DNA from: Phoronis australis
Taxonomy: Eukaryota; Animalia; Phoronida
Length of the DNA stretch: 64,000 nt
Assembly (NCBI GenBank): GCA_002633005.1
Contig: NMRA01000769.1
Span: 10,376-74,375 of the forward strand
Direction of reading: 5' to 3'
Shown here: one piece after another, positions 14,501 to 29,500 of the stretch
Layout of the letters: every line of letters begins with the position of its first letter
How positions within the stretch are numbered: position 1 is the first letter of the stretch
Position numbers and translations under genes: made by a program
The notes under the pieces: generated by a model
Database searches by the model: none
Told to the model about the DNA's origin: nothing
The model's input: the letters and a program-made list of their open reading frames with translations, nothing else

Positions 14501-17500
14501 GGATGTCGGCTAGCAAAATATTTCACAAATCCCATATTTCCTTAATTTACCGCAAAGTTTCCCGCGTGCAAACAGTGAATGTTTAGGAAAAGGAAGTCAG
14601 ATCAAAACGTGGGTTGAAGTGTGATTGGCTAACATTCATATTCTCAGAACAAGCAAATGCTAGTCGTGGCCGTCACGTGCAAATTAAGATGTCCAGCCAA
14701 CCCTGCATGTGCAAATTATTGAAGTTGGCGCAAGTTCGAATTCAACTGTGAGTAAGGACCAGCAAGCTGCCTAAAACCGGGACTTTTTTTTCAAATTAAA
14801 CCGCAGTCCCTGAAGATGAGACTGATACCAGCCTTAAAATTTAAATAGGGTAACGACGACATACAGTAATAAAGGGCTGCCTGTTTGAAGCATATTGGGT
14901 CTAGGGAGAGAAGTTGTTGCCAATTTATTATTTTTCAGTTTTAGTTTGTTTCAGATTGCCCAAAATTCCTCAGAAATGTTTTTTTCCAGGAATTATGTCA
15001 ACTTATGTGTTGTATCATGACTAACATTTTCGTGCAGTTAGTCCTGCAAAAATTGTTCTTGGTAAAGGATTTGTGTAAGGCTATGCAGATGGATTATGCA
15101 ATGCAGTTTTCTTATGAGTAGGGCACTAACGAAAGATTTCATTGTGGGTATAATTAAAATGTTTTTGAATTTTCAAGTGTTATCGTTAAAAAAGTGGCAT
15201 TTTATATGTTTCTAAGACCACGTGTAGGCACCAAAGATAACGTCTTACGTGATTTTGGCAGCTACCCCAATTGTGTTCGCTCTTGTTACTGCAAGTTCAG
15301 CTGGTAGGGTCATTTTTGTGCAGGCCCGCCCCTAAATGTAGCCGTCAGTTTGTCCAACGGTAAATCTGGCACTTGAGTGAATGCTCGTATCAGTAAACTT
15401 TTACTGAGGCCTTACGTCATAACGAACATTAATCATTGAACTAGCTGAAATATAACGACAAGCGTCGATACTAAAACATATTGAAATATTCAACACCTTT
15501 CAGGCGATGCGCACTTTGTCAAGGGAATAACAAAGACTACTTATCGGAAACATATAGATGGATGTAAACAAAATCGCACAGTGGACCAAATAGTGGTATA
15601 TAATATGACAGCATGAACAAACCCGGCCATATTTTCACTATTTTACATTTTATCCGTCGGAAACTGCACGGCATTGCAGAATCTAATTGATTTAATTATT
15701 ATCATTAATAATCCAGGGACCACCGCGGCCGATGAGTCCACGATCAAGTGCCCATTTTTTCATTGTGGTTACGCATGACGTGGTGATGCATGATGTGTAA
15801 GAAGAAAGTATTTTGTTTAGTGATGATATAGTATTAAATAAAAAGTTTTGCAGGAAATTAAAAGCCTCAAAATAGCTCCACTTCATGCGGAATTGTATAA
15901 TTGATGAATCGAGTTCTCTTTCGGCAAAGAGATTATGCCAAATATGGAAAAAGTACATGTTTGTCAGCAACAACATGACACGTGCGAAAATATCCCACAA
16001 AATGTCGCAGGTAGAACAGGCTTTACTTCTACTTCAGATGTTGACAAGGCCAGAACTTGACTGTTACAACTGCAAAAAGAGAATGGTTCTTTTGAAAGAT
16101 AAATTTGTTGAGTATTATACATGAAGGAGTCTGGTACACTTTTGACCTGGAAATGTTTATTTCTGCAACTCACCTATTCTTAGTGCACGGCAGAAGATGC
16201 TACCAACCACTGGCATTGGTGACAACAGTAACCCACGTGGATTTGAAATTAAATTAAGAGTGAAAAACACCAGCAAAACCAGTGAACAAACTTGAAGTAC
16301 AAGCTAGAAATTGGGTCACTCTATCTTGCCGCAATGGAGTTGGGACTCTTTTTTTACGAGTGGGTATACATGTACATGTTTATGTATGCGGTCACTCATT
16401 TATTCTGTTCAGAAATTTTTATCTATGTCTGGGTCCGAAAAAGGTGAGATTTTTTTACCAAAAACTCTTCTTATCTTTCGTTCGGTGATGGTTCTTGCAA
16501 CGGCCTCTCGTGGTATTGGCCTCTTCCATATTATTGCTGGTCACTTGTTCCAGTAAATACTGCCTATACATGCAAAACGTGTTCGGTCCCCTTCCTTGCT
16601 TACAACAAACATTTTTCCTCCATGTGAGACTTAATTGTTTCTCTGTAATAGTTTTACCATGTTCCTAATTCTTGCACAACCAATAACTGCGCAATGTAAA
16701 GTCCTAAACATCTTCTACTGGGTCAAACTGCCTACGTTACGAAAAAACCCAGAACCATTAAAATCTGGACAACTTTGCACATACGGTCTTTTTGATTCTC
16801 ACAAGTGATGGACATCAGACCTTGACTGGACAAAGTAAAAGGGGCTGGTACAAAATATGGTACTATATTCCACCTTTCCTCCTTCAGGTCTCTAGGTAAT
16901 CCATCGTTATAACCCGTTTTGATAACTGGGATTTTCCACCGACTAAAATCAACGACAGCACCTCAGCCTGATTTCAAACAGCATACCACTACTCCATTTT
17001 TGATCGAGGTTCAGATTGTTCTTCAAGAATTTTGAATGTACACACAGTCTTAAGGACATTCCGAGACTTTGTTTCTGTGAAGACTTCCAGTCACTTGCTG
17101 GTTTCTTTGACTGGACAGTAAACGGAGATTAGAGAACACAGCTTCCCGCATGTTCGAACAGTATCTCGATATCTTTTGCCAGAGTTCCTGAAGTTTTTGG
17201 TCAACTTTATTTTTTGATTAGAGCAAAGTAAAGCACGTTATGACATTATTTGAAATTTTGTTTCATAGCGGAGTGATTAATTGATTAATGGGCATTGTCT
17301 AAAAAGTCTTACGTAATAAAAATAGTCGCAGGCCTGGTGGTCCCATTACACTGATAACCTGGAATGATTATATGCTTCAATATTATAAGTTTAAAGTCGT
17401 ACAAATTATTCCAATGCATTTTAATGAGTAAGAATTGTTTTGCAGTTTATTAAGTGCTCAGCGATCGCAATTTCTTCAAGTTATCTTATTATAAATAACT

Positions 17501-20500
17501 CTTTTTCAGAAGTTTTATCAACAGATGAGTTGGACATCAAGATTGTTAGGGTCGAGCAACCTTTATTAATGCATGCTGTCCGTGAAGAGTTTGAAGATGG
17601 AATAGTTTATTTGCATCACCAAAGAGTGTGTGTGGAAACAAGTGAACGCAAGTTTACATATCCTGTGGAAATGAGGGTGGACGTCAGCGACATTTTAAAA
17701 CAACTGAGTAATGACAAAGATCCGTCTAAATTCTTCATATTTAGATTATTCAATGGCGAAGTAACAGACATCACTCTTGAGAGCAAGGCTCAGATGCAAA
17801 GCCAGGAATTGGTTTACTACTGTCTTCAGTTTTCCGAACATGTGATAGGATGGACCAAATATTTTGGCAGAGTTTTTTCTTTTATACGAGACTACTTGAG
17901 AGGGACATTTAGGGCTAAATTGTGTCCATCTGCGAAACAGAAGAAATTCGGTGTATCCCTGAGTTTGCTGTGTCATGTAGATGGATCAAACTGCCCCGAG
18001 CATCAGTGTGAGCGGGAATACCCGAGTGAAGTGCACTGCCAGCAGAAAATAATGTTTTTGGCCCGCATTATATGCAAAGATGGAGACATAGAGAAGGAAT
18101 CGGTACTGATGAATGTTGACAGAAAAAAATGTGAACAGACAGGAATGGTCATCGATGCTTGGCAAAGAATTGAGGAAGACAAGCTTGGAGACGATGTTTT
18201 AATGGAGGTGTCCCAGCTGTCGAACGGCAACAAGGTGGTCCTATATTCAAGGGAGGTCCAGGTAAGTGCAAAATGCATTGAATCACATGTTTATATTCAT
18301 TACAATGTTTTACCTGTTTTTCATTACTGTCGTCCGACTACAGGTCTGGCCCTGTATGACAATTCAGATTTTTTTAAATTTGGATCTCAATAGCGCTTTC
18401 GCACCCCTGCACGTATAATTAATAAAAGATTTGCCAACAAATTTCCGCAAAAAATGCTGAAAGGCTTCATCCCATCGTGTGTCTGGTTTGACCTATTCAC
18501 TGTCCATCATACAGTCGGTTTATATTAATTTTATCTGTTTTTGTGCTCACTCCATGTGGCAGAAGAGTTCCTTTTTGAAGACACGGACAACTTATTTTCA
18601 GTCTGGTAATCCTATCTTGATATTTATCTAAATCTTTGATGGGAGTTTTGGAATTTTGAATATGCGATTGAGACGTTATTTTATTGGGAAGTGCAAGACT
18701 GGTTTTGATTTTCGGGAGCAACCCATTGCTATAATGTCCCCAAGGGGCAAATTCCTTTCGATTCAGTTATCATTCTGCTCAACTCGTACGGTGAACAGCT
18801 AGATAACTGTATCCGATGCTTGCCATCGTAAGCTGTGCTAAACATTTACTAACAGGACCGACGCCTAGATCAGGAAACATGTTAACACATTTTGTTTTCA
18901 ATTGCTATAAACACTGGCTTTAAATTGACACACAAAAGCGGTTTTGGATTCTGATATCGTCCAGTGAAATAAGCATATCAAATTACATTCAGTGAAGACC
19001 CAAAATACACACCGGATATCCGCACACCCAGTCAGGCACCGCCATATCTCGCATGATAGCAGTCCTCAGTAAGTAAAGAAATCAAAACTCAATGTCCCAC
19101 TTCCCTTAAACGTTAAGTATTTGGAGTTTAAAGACGCAGTCTATTTTGCACTAATGGTAATTATCCCGTACAAAATTTAAAAAGGCGTCAACACCCATTT
19201 CCCTCTGTATTTTCAAAATAAATTCACGGAATGTACCGAAAACGGCGTGCATGAAAAATTATGCCACGTGACATTATTGAGCGTATTCGACCGTAAGGGT
19301 CTTCAAGGGCAAACTTGAACTAGAAACTCCTATGCATGAACTACAGTGTATAATGTAATCGAGCACAGTCTGACAACCAATTATCTTAAGTTCGCACAAA
19401 AGGAGCAGAGAAATTGCCAAAAATAGCTTCGAGTTCGTTTCGACTACAAAGATTAGAGACCGGGTCCCGATTGTTTTAGTTCTTGCACTTCGAATTCGTG
19501 TTCTTTTCCATTTTGGGATGTTTAAATACTTCGCCCGGACTGTTTACGTGGGGAATCACTTCCTGTAGTGTGTGTACGTGCGCGTTATGTTACAAATTTG
19601 CTATAGTAAAATAAAATGGTTTATTAATTGAAAGGGGTAAAAATGCGAAAACGGCAGGTATTGTGCATTGAACTTGTATCAAAAATCGTAAATAAATAAA
19701 TAACAGTAGTATTTATACCACTGTAAAGTGATTTGCAGTTGCACTCATAGGGTACAGTAGCTACACTCATTCATAAAACTGGGTCATTATAAAACTGGGT
19801 CATTGACCCGAGCGTATGGTCGACTGTTCATAGTGCTGCAGTTTCATTACTTGAAACTATTTTGGTTACCGACGCCCGAATAGATGTCAACACTTGTCAA
19901 TGACACCTTAAGTTCGTGAAATCGCAAGCGAAATTGTGTTTTAAAATTTTGTGTGATAATATGAAAAGTGAAAGCAACGTCTTCCTCATCACGTATTATG
20001 TTTTCAACAAAGAATCTTGGATAGAATTCTATTGCACAATATAATCTGGAATAATCTAATCTTGGTCTGTTGCAATAGGATAAGCAAGAGAATCCACATA
20101 TATCTTGCTATTGTTTATCAAAACCTAGTTCAGATTACCATCTTAAATAGGTCCCTGAATCTTGGTAAAACGTTTTGAAATATATTGACATTCCTCTAGA
20201 GGCAAGAACATATACATTTTTAACTTTCAAAACAGTCAAATGTCTGGCCAGGGTAACTCTGCTAAAAGGTGTCGCCCCAGCCACGTTTACTCTTGAACTA
20301 TGTCTCGACAAAATTTGTGTCTCTCTTATCTTCGATAAAAACTATGCGCCTTTAAAATTGTGTTGAAAATCAAGTCTAAGAAGTTCTTTCCACCAAAGCC
20401 TTTTTGGTGGCAATTTTGTCAAGTGTATAGTACAGGAACGCCGCAACCACGATAAAAATCAAGATTTTGCGAGGTTACCTCAGATATTGCCATGTATTTT

Positions 20501-23500
20501 TTTAATTCAAAAATTAGATCTTCACTGGATTTAGCGAGGCCCTAGTGTACTGTGGGTACTAGCGTTACTGACTATTAACTTTCTTATCAAACCTAACTGT
20601 TTTCATGATTTTGACATGATCATCAAGGCCAGAAAACATGACAAACATGTTCTTGCAAACTTAGCGACTTTCAACAGGGATAGTTCTTCTCCGTTATGCA
20701 GCACATTCCGACTTTATCAAACGGTAATACCTGAAGGTTTACACGGGTGCCATTTCCCTATTGGTGGGTAGTGTCCAGTTTGCCAGATGTGTTTATTATA
20801 TTCAAATTAAACATAACTTTGATATTAAGGTTACCATGAAGTGTCCAATTGTTACTGCAATTTTGAGAATTTATTGCAAGGGAGCCGCTAAACCCACTTT
20901 AAATAAACTTGTATTTATGAAAAACAACAGTCCATTTCATTTTCTACAAATTCTGATAATTTAGTAGGATGGTGGTGCAGGACAAGCCTATATTCATGTT
21001 AACAGCTAGAGATTGATCAAAACGACAGTAGTATGGCACGTGTCAAACTGTGTCCATTCTCCTCTTTACACGTCAAAACAACATTTTCTTCAACTTAATG
21101 TAAATACTGTGGTCAAATTTGAATAATGTAGGATACAGAATTCACAAACTAGGGATTGGAAGTGTTTCCTTTAAATGTTATGTAAAAAATATTACAGTAC
21201 CACACGAACGATGTATTCTGTTAGCAAAGCAGAGTTCTGGGCAAAGTGACTTGTATAGAAAACTGGTTTAATCCAAACCTGAATGCTAGCTGGGTTCTAT
21301 ATTTCCAGATTCTAAAACACACGATTCCTGAATCACCTTCAACATCTGCTTGTCCTCCGTCAGAACAACGTAAGTACATTTCAACTCAATTCTTTTGATA
21401 CCAACACGTTTGCTGTAGACAAGTCGTGATGGTAGAAACTGACATACTTTAACTACACAATTGTTTGTACATCTTGTTTCAGAATCTTTGCCTACAGCGC
21501 CACCACTTGGACCGGATGTGGAAGCGAGTCAAGTCGAACATCTTCACCAGGCTGGCAAGGACGTTCTCACCGTATATTGTCACAGAATGCTGGCTGATGC
21601 ATGTGCCTCTATAGCATTGATTTCAGGTTCAAACAAAAGTGGCACTGGTTTTCGTGTTGGCTCACAATATTTGATGACCAACTGGCACGTGGTGGAGGAC
21701 TTTGTATTCCTGGGTTAGTACAATTTCTATTGATACTGTATGTCTGTGCCATGTCTGTCTAGTGGTCTCAAAAACTGCATATACATAACGAGCGGTGTTC
21801 CGTTTTAGTTTACAATTAGAATCTTGCCGGATTAAAGTATCTTCCGGACCTATTGTTATTCCAAAGCTCTGGATCAACAGCTACCAGTTGACTTGTATTA
21901 TGCGAGCAGTTTCTCTTCGGCTTCCTGACGGAGCAATAATCCTGCCTTTTCACAGGGCGACACTATGTTGACTTCAAGAGTAACGCATCAACCGTTTTAG
22001 TCTAACTTGTAGACATACGTAAACCTTCATCTTATTCTCTCACGATTGGTAGTGCTGGCTGTAGCAGAGTAGGTACATGTATCACGAACACAGCTGGTCC
22101 ACCTCAAAAACCATGGGCCAAACTGCTCACCTGTCCTCCGCAAACAGCGCACTCGGCAAAATCCTGCCAATCCGCGGATTGCATTCACGAAGAATTGAGT
22201 ATAAAAACACATAAGTCAAACCTAAAGCAATACAGAATGTCCCATAACTAAATATAAAAAAAAACAAATGCACAGATGGCACCAAGTGCCAGGTACCAAA
22301 TTGTGACAACACTCTTATAACATGGCATTTATCTATTCTTTACAGTGCCCCGTGCTTTGGCAGGGGTATAGCTTGAGTTAGAGAATGAAATCTAAAAGAA
22401 TTCAAATGTGCCGAACCACTATAATCACTTGGGCCTACCACGACGCATGCTACGTATAGTTGCACGTGTTACTCCACGTGATATACTTGTGAACACTTTC
22501 ACTTGGGCCAACGTCCTCAATCTGGTTGTAAAAGATACCCCAATCACACACACTGAAAGTTGACCAGCAATTTACTTTTGTTAGTGAGAATCTGAACAGT
22601 GAGTTGGGTAATTGTTCTTTCGACCAGCAATACTATAATTGGAAAAAATGAATTGCCAAGTGTCACAAAAATAAGAGCAGCTACAGACCATGTTTTTGTG
22701 TCCCAAACAATTTTACGACTCCGGGAGTTTCGCTTTCAAATCTGTACCTTTGCCTCATTTTGATGTGTCAAACCTATATTGCTTGCAATAATTCACGTAG
22801 CCAAAACCAGTTGCAACATATCACACTTTTGCGCCTAAGGTTAGATACAACGCTCGGGCTGTAGCCTTATATTACTGAGCTTGATAGGGTGCAACGATGA
22901 CTTTGTTCCTGACCTCAGAGTTTAAAATGAGTATTGAATACGATGATGGTACTTTTATTTTTAGCACTTACATGTATGATTGAATGTACAAATCTTGATG
23001 CAAATAGCATTAAGATCTCTAGCGTCTGGGGTCCGCTGCTGCATGACCGAAACTAGTAGCATCGTATCTTATAGGCCTACATGTATGAGGCTGACGCCAA
23101 AAGATGAGTTGAACAGTTTGGGGGGTTCAAAATAATCTGTGTCATCCACCGGTTATCATTTACAATATTGATTTCCATTTTGGCGTCGCACTTTAACAAT
23201 TGCTTGATGGATCATGATGACGACAAATGTGTTTTTGATCTGGTGACCGTGGAGGACGTTGATTGGTGGATTAGTGGAGACAGGGGGTGATGTTGTTTGG
23301 TGGATAAGTGGAGACTGTAAATGACGTAGATTCGTGGATGTGTAGGGACCGAAATTTCCGATATAATCACATCCTTTGTCAACAGAAACAGAATTAGAGT
23401 AAAGAAAGCCACGACATGACAAATTAAATCTGATATTTGACGTAATGAAAATGACACGCGATTTCGGAAAAAGAAAGGGATATAATTTAAGAAATCTATG

Positions 23501-26500
23501 TTCAATTCATTTGGTTCAAGTGTGTTAAGATTATGGATCTAAAATTGTTCTCTTTTGTGTCTCTGAGGGGTATTGGGGTATTGCAGTTTTTCTATAATTT
23601 GTACAAAAAGATGTTGTATATTACTGTTTTCCGAATTGAAATGGTTAGGCCTAACTATAGTATCAGAAATGCTCTAATGCATTGTGCCGAACATTTGATT
23701 GCAAAATTGAGTTCGCCCTTCAGAGGATCTGGATCACCCCATTCAGTATCAGACTTATTGTCTACATTGCTTTCTAAATAATTGAGGGTAATTAGAAATA
23801 GTCTTAAATTGTAATGAAAGACCTATGGATTTCTGCTTGGCACTACTCTTCAATTCGCCTATGTCAAGTAAGATAATTACGTGTCATAACACCTTCCAGT
23901 TCGTGTGAGAAAAACTTGGCCTTACATTCCTTACTTCAATTATTACATGTCCATCATACACTGTAGGTCTAGGTGTTACTGGTAACATCAGATCTGACCA
24001 GGCGGCGAAATCGGGCAAAAAGTCCATCGCGTTTTGGTGTTACTCTTTTATTCGTGACCTTTTTTCTTCTAAGATGGAACAAACCACTTACAAAAATTAA
24101 ATATATAACACAACGTGACTAATTGCTCATCTTGCCAAGTCCGTGGATGCGACTGATCTCTTCCTTACCCCTTTCAATTCCTTGTTACTTGCCAACGACA
24201 GCGGTAACCGTGTCACCGATGTTCCCCTTGCCTTCGTTCATCCCCATAGATCGCTGTATTTTTTCGAGAATACCTTTCTATACTATCTCTACTGTCACTC
24301 AGCTCGGTAACCTGTCTTTAAGATTGGCTGATTTCTTTGTCTTTTTCAATTACCTCAGTCTGTTAATACAACTGTTGTCACGAAGCGTTTGAATTACATC
24401 AGACGATTTGTGGGTCATTTGTAACACAATTACATCCGGGTTTTCACTGTCCACACATTAACATGAGGTCCGCACAGATACCTAGAGGACTGAGGTCCAT
24501 TTTTTCAGATGATTTTTGTTCGCAGTTTCGTTGCTCATTTTTATGCTGTCCAACTTACTTTCATTTCTTTTGCGAATGCTTCCGTAATCCACAGCTGATG
24601 TGTACATTTTGAATTAAAAATTAAGTTTTAGATGTAAGAACAGACTCACCTGTAACTGTGAACACTAGTACGTCTAGTTTGTTAGGAAAACTGCTTTAGT
24701 AACCAGCGACGACCATCTTGATTTTCCATACCACATTCTCATTCATGTATACCTAAGCATATGTTAATGTTTTACCAGATGAAACTGAAACACAAACACC
24801 AGCTGCATGTTCAAGTACAGGGGGTGACATTCCTGAAGACATAACAGGTACATCTTTATTGTTATTTTGTATTGAAACTTTGATGTAACAAAGTTGAAAT
24901 GATCAATTGGGTGGACTTCGAAACGAGATGTCTGGTACCTCAAAAACAGATAGCCGCACCCAGAAAAACAGGATAGCGTGATCAAAACGGGTAGGCCGGT
25001 GTTCAAACACGATGGCCGAATAGGAAGTCTGGGCGTCTTGTTTGGTCACTGGCTAACTGGTTATAGCACCAACCAACGTGTTTTGGGTACAGCCAACTAG
25101 ATTTTTGGGAGAGGCTGTCACGTTTAGAAGTTAGCAAAGACATTTTATCTGCGCCCCATTTGTTTGGTAACGCAGCCGACTGGTTTTGAATTTCTGGCAA
25201 AAGATTTTGAAGTCCGGCCATTTGGTTTTGTAACGCAGCAGACTGGTTTTGAATTGATGGCACGAGATTTTGAAGTCCGGGCTAATGGTTTTGTAATGCA
25301 GCCGACTGGTTTTGAATTTATGGCAAGCGATTTTGAAGTCCGGGCAAGTGGTTTTAAAGTCTGATCAAAATTTTCTCCACGTAAGCTAAGCTGTTGTCAT
25401 CCTGAGCAAGTAAGTAAAATAAGAAGAGATACATGAAAGCGCTCTTATGATCGACAACTGGCCAAATCTACTGGAAACAAAATAAAAAACCTCGTTCTTT
25501 TTTTTAGAGTATACTCTTCTAGACTATCTGTATAGTGTGACTCCGTCAGCTTGGTAACATGTTTCTACGAATCGCTGGTTACTTTGTCCTTCTTTGACTT
25601 TGTCTCGCGAAATCATCTGATATCCTCCCAATACATGCACGTTTTAACAGCTCGTCACGAAGCGATTGAACCACTGTACATCAGACGACCTGTGAGTCTG
25701 GGTTTTCACTGTCCACACATGTTAATTAGCATGAGTTTGGGCAGAAGTACATGTACCTAGAGTATCGAGGTACAATTTCTTTGGTTGAGTTTTGTTTGAT
25801 GTTTCGTTGATTGATCTGCTGTTTTTACTATCGTTTATTTTTCGATGGTTTTCATAATCCGAATAGTATGTGTATCTTTTTTGATTAAAGAAATTACGTT
25901 GTAAGAAAAGGTTCATATGTCCGTCTGAGCGCCACTAAGTTTAGTTTATTGAGAAAACTGCGTAAGTAACGGGAAACAATCTTGTCTTAGTTTGATTTTC
26001 CATGCCGCATTCTCATTCATGTATACTTAAGCATTTGTTAATGTTTTACCAGATGAAACTGAAACACAAACACCAGCTGCGGGTTCAAGTACAGCGGATG
26101 TGATCCCTGACGACATAATTGGTACGTATTTCTTGTTATTGTGTATTAAATCTTTGATATAACAAAGTTTGAATGAACAATTGGTTGGACTTCAAAACAA
26201 GATGTCTGGTACCTCAAAAACCGATAGTCGCACCCAGAAAAACAGGATCGCGGGATCAAAAACAGGTAGGCCGGTGTTCAAACACGATGACCGAATAGGA
26301 AGTCTGGGCGTATTGTTTGGTCACTGGCCATCTGGTTATAACCCTGACCAACGTGTTTTGGGCACAGCCAACTGGATTTTTGGGAGAGGCCGTCACGTTT
26401 AGAAGTTAGGAAAGACATTTTATCTCCTGCCATTTTGTTTTGCAACGCAACCGACTGGTTTTGAATTTCTAGCAAGAAATTTTGAAGTCCGGCCATTTGA

Positions 26501-29500
26501 TTTTGTAACGCAGCCGACTGGTTTGAATTGATGGCAAGAGATTTTGAAGCAAGTGGTTTTGTAATGCAGCCACTGGTTTTGAATTTCTGGCAAGCGATTT
26601 TGAAGTCCTGGCAAATGGTTTTGTAATGCAGCCACTGGTATTGAAATACAATTTCTTCAGTTGAGTTTTGTTTGATGTTTCGTTTATTGATCTGCAGTTT
26701 TACTATCATTTATTTTTCGATGGTTTTCATAATCCGAATAGTATGTGTACCTTATTTGATTTAAGAAATTACGTTGTAAGAAAAGGTTCGTATGTCCGTC
26801 TGAGCGCCACAAAGTCTAGTTTATTGGGAAAACTGCGTTAGTAACGAGAAAAAATCTTGTCTTACTTTGATTTTCCATACCGCATTCTCATTCATGTATA
26901 CTTAAGCATTTCCTAATGTTTTACCAGATGAAACTGAAACACAAACACCAGCTGCGGGTTCAAGTACAGCAGATGTCATCCCTGACGAAATAATGGGTAC
27001 GTATTTATTGTTATTGTGTATTCAAACTTTAATATAAATGTAACGAAGTCGGAATCAACATTTGGTCGGACGCAATGTCCGGTAGCTCAATACCAGATGG
27101 CCGCACCCAAAAAAAAAGTTTGACCGAATTAAGACGAACTGGATGTCCGCAGTCTTGTTTGATCACGGGTTAAATGAATACAGCACCAAACATCGTTTTT
27201 TGGGCAGGGCCAACCAAATTTTTTCGGAGAAGCCATCGCCTTTTGAAACCAGGGCAACACGATTGATCTCCGGCCGTTTGGATTTGTAGTCCTGCCTAGT
27301 GATTTTAAGTCCGGGCAAGTGGCTCTGAAGTTCTATTAAATGTTAATTCTTCCTCTCAATTAACAGTCTAAAATAAGCTAAGCTGTTCTCATGCTGTGCA
27401 CGACAATGAAATCAAAAGACAAATACGAAGGCGCTCTAGTAGATCGACATTTGGCGAAATCTATTGGAAAACAAAATATAATTCCTATGGATCGTTTGGT
27501 TATTGTTTTTAGATTACTCTTCTAGACTATGTGTACAGTGTAACTCAGCTTGGTATTAGGTTTCTACGAATCGCTGGTTACTTTGTCATTCTTAAACGGC
27601 TTTAACAGCTGAACACAATGCCTTTGAATTGCATCAGGCAAGTTGTGAGTCTGAGTTTTCACTGTCCTCACATGCTAGTTAACATGAGAAGGGCAGCAGT
27701 ACCTACATGTATGCTGTTTATACAATCGTTCATTTTCACTGGTTTATATTGTGTATATGTTTTTGAATTAAGAAATTACGTTATCAATGTAAGAAAAGCT
27801 TCATAGGTCTGTCTGAGAGCTGCAAAGTCTAGTTTATTTGGAAAACTGCTTTAGTAACCGGAGAAGACCTTCTCTTAGTTTGATTTTCTACACCACATTC
27901 TAATTCAGGTATATTTATACATTTGTTATGTTTTACCAGATGAAACTGGAACACAAACTCCCGCTGCAGGTTCAAGTACCGTGGATATCATTCCTGGAAA
28001 CATATTGGGTAGGTATTTATTGTTATTGTATATTCAAACTTTAATATAACAAAGTTGGAATCAACTATTAGTCAGAATTCAAAACGCGATGCCCGGTATC
28101 TCCAACCCAGATAGCCGCGCACAAGAACAGATTGGTCGAATTTAAAAAAGGATTAGCCGGTCATCAAACACGATGGCCGATCTTGAAGTGGTGTTTGATC
28201 ACCGGCCAACTGGTTATAACACCGGCCATCGGTTTTAGTGTACAGTCAACTAGAAGTTTACGAGATGCTGTAGCTTATTGAAATCAGGGCAACACATTTG
28301 ATGTCTAGACGTTTGGTTTGTAGTCCAGTCGACTCCTTTTGAATGCGGGGGAGCAGTATTTGAATTCTGATCAACTGCTGATTCGTTCATTTGTGTAACA
28401 GTGCAAAGCAATCTGAGGTGCTGTGATGCTATGGAAGTAAAATGATAAAATGTAAAATCCTAGCAAGGAAGCACTCCAACGGTACGACATTTGGCAAAGT
28501 ACGTGTAGACTGGAAAAGAACATACTAGGACGAAGGAAGAGACATCATGGCAGGCGAGGCCCAGGACAACAATGGCGATGTAGGAGAAAACCTCTTGCGC
28601 CTTTACATGTACATGGCTGCTATTATTGTCAGCAATTTTGCAAAGTGGACACGAAAGTCGAACAAGAATGATCTGAGAAGAGTTCACAGTCAATAAAACA
28701 ACAGTTGTTTTAAAAGCTCTTGATTAAATCCAGTACACCAAGCAGAATGAACGATACCTTGAGTCCAATTTAACTATGAGCGATGTTTTCACGAGAGTTA
28801 AAGAATGGCTATAATAAAGTTCGACATTTATTGAATAACACAGTGCAACATCTTTAAATTACAATAACATTTGTAAGCAAGTCTCGTTACATATCTTGTC
28901 ACACTTGACTCATATTGTCAACCGTGGAACAATGTTTGTACATATTGACGTCCTCTATTTTCACACTTGGCTCATACCGTCAACCGTGGAACAATGTTTG
29001 TACATATTGACGTCGTCTATTTTCACACTTGACTCATATTGTCAACCGTGGAACAATGTTTGTACATTTTGACGTCCTCTATTTTCACACTTGGCTCATA
29101 CCGTCAACCGTGGGACAATACGTGTCCATTTTGACGTCATACAGTGCCATTCTCGACAAATTGTTCATTCAAAGTATGGGTTAGTTGAACTGCTTTTATT
29201 TTGTTTACTAAGAAAAAAATATTTGTTTTGCAGATAGAATGAGTGCCGCTCTTTTCCATTTTGACAAACCTTCAGTTCAAGGTGGCAACGAAACAGCTGG
29301 CGTAACCATTCAGTCGCTTGAAGCCCATGACGTAGATCTCGACTTTGCTGTTTTAAAGCTTAACTTGCAAAGTGAACTACCCCGCCGTCTGAGACACTTT
29401 CCCAAGCTGATTGCTCTGCCGCAAGCGCTAAATAGGTACAGAAAGATCAATAGCAGTGACAAAAGTATAAGCTTCGCCGGACATCCCGGTGGTAATCACA

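Larger units (their letters stand above)
24390..28390 (+). repeat. Four tandem ~0.9-1.3 kb exon-containing duplication units with an internal GGTTTTGAA-rich subrepeat
   Basis: Exon spacing 1274, 875 and 1012 bp; flanking intron sequence is shared among the units. Confidence 0.85.

Noticed and set aside
18993-19068. Candidate exon (cag...gtaagt) between module 2 and the linker
   Set aside because: In the required phase 0 it begins with TGA, and the other phases are incompatible with the neighbouring exons
25003-26709. ORFs in the GGTTTTGAA subrepeat of the duplicated units
   Set aside because: Low-complexity intronic repeat; the frames are not conserved among the four units
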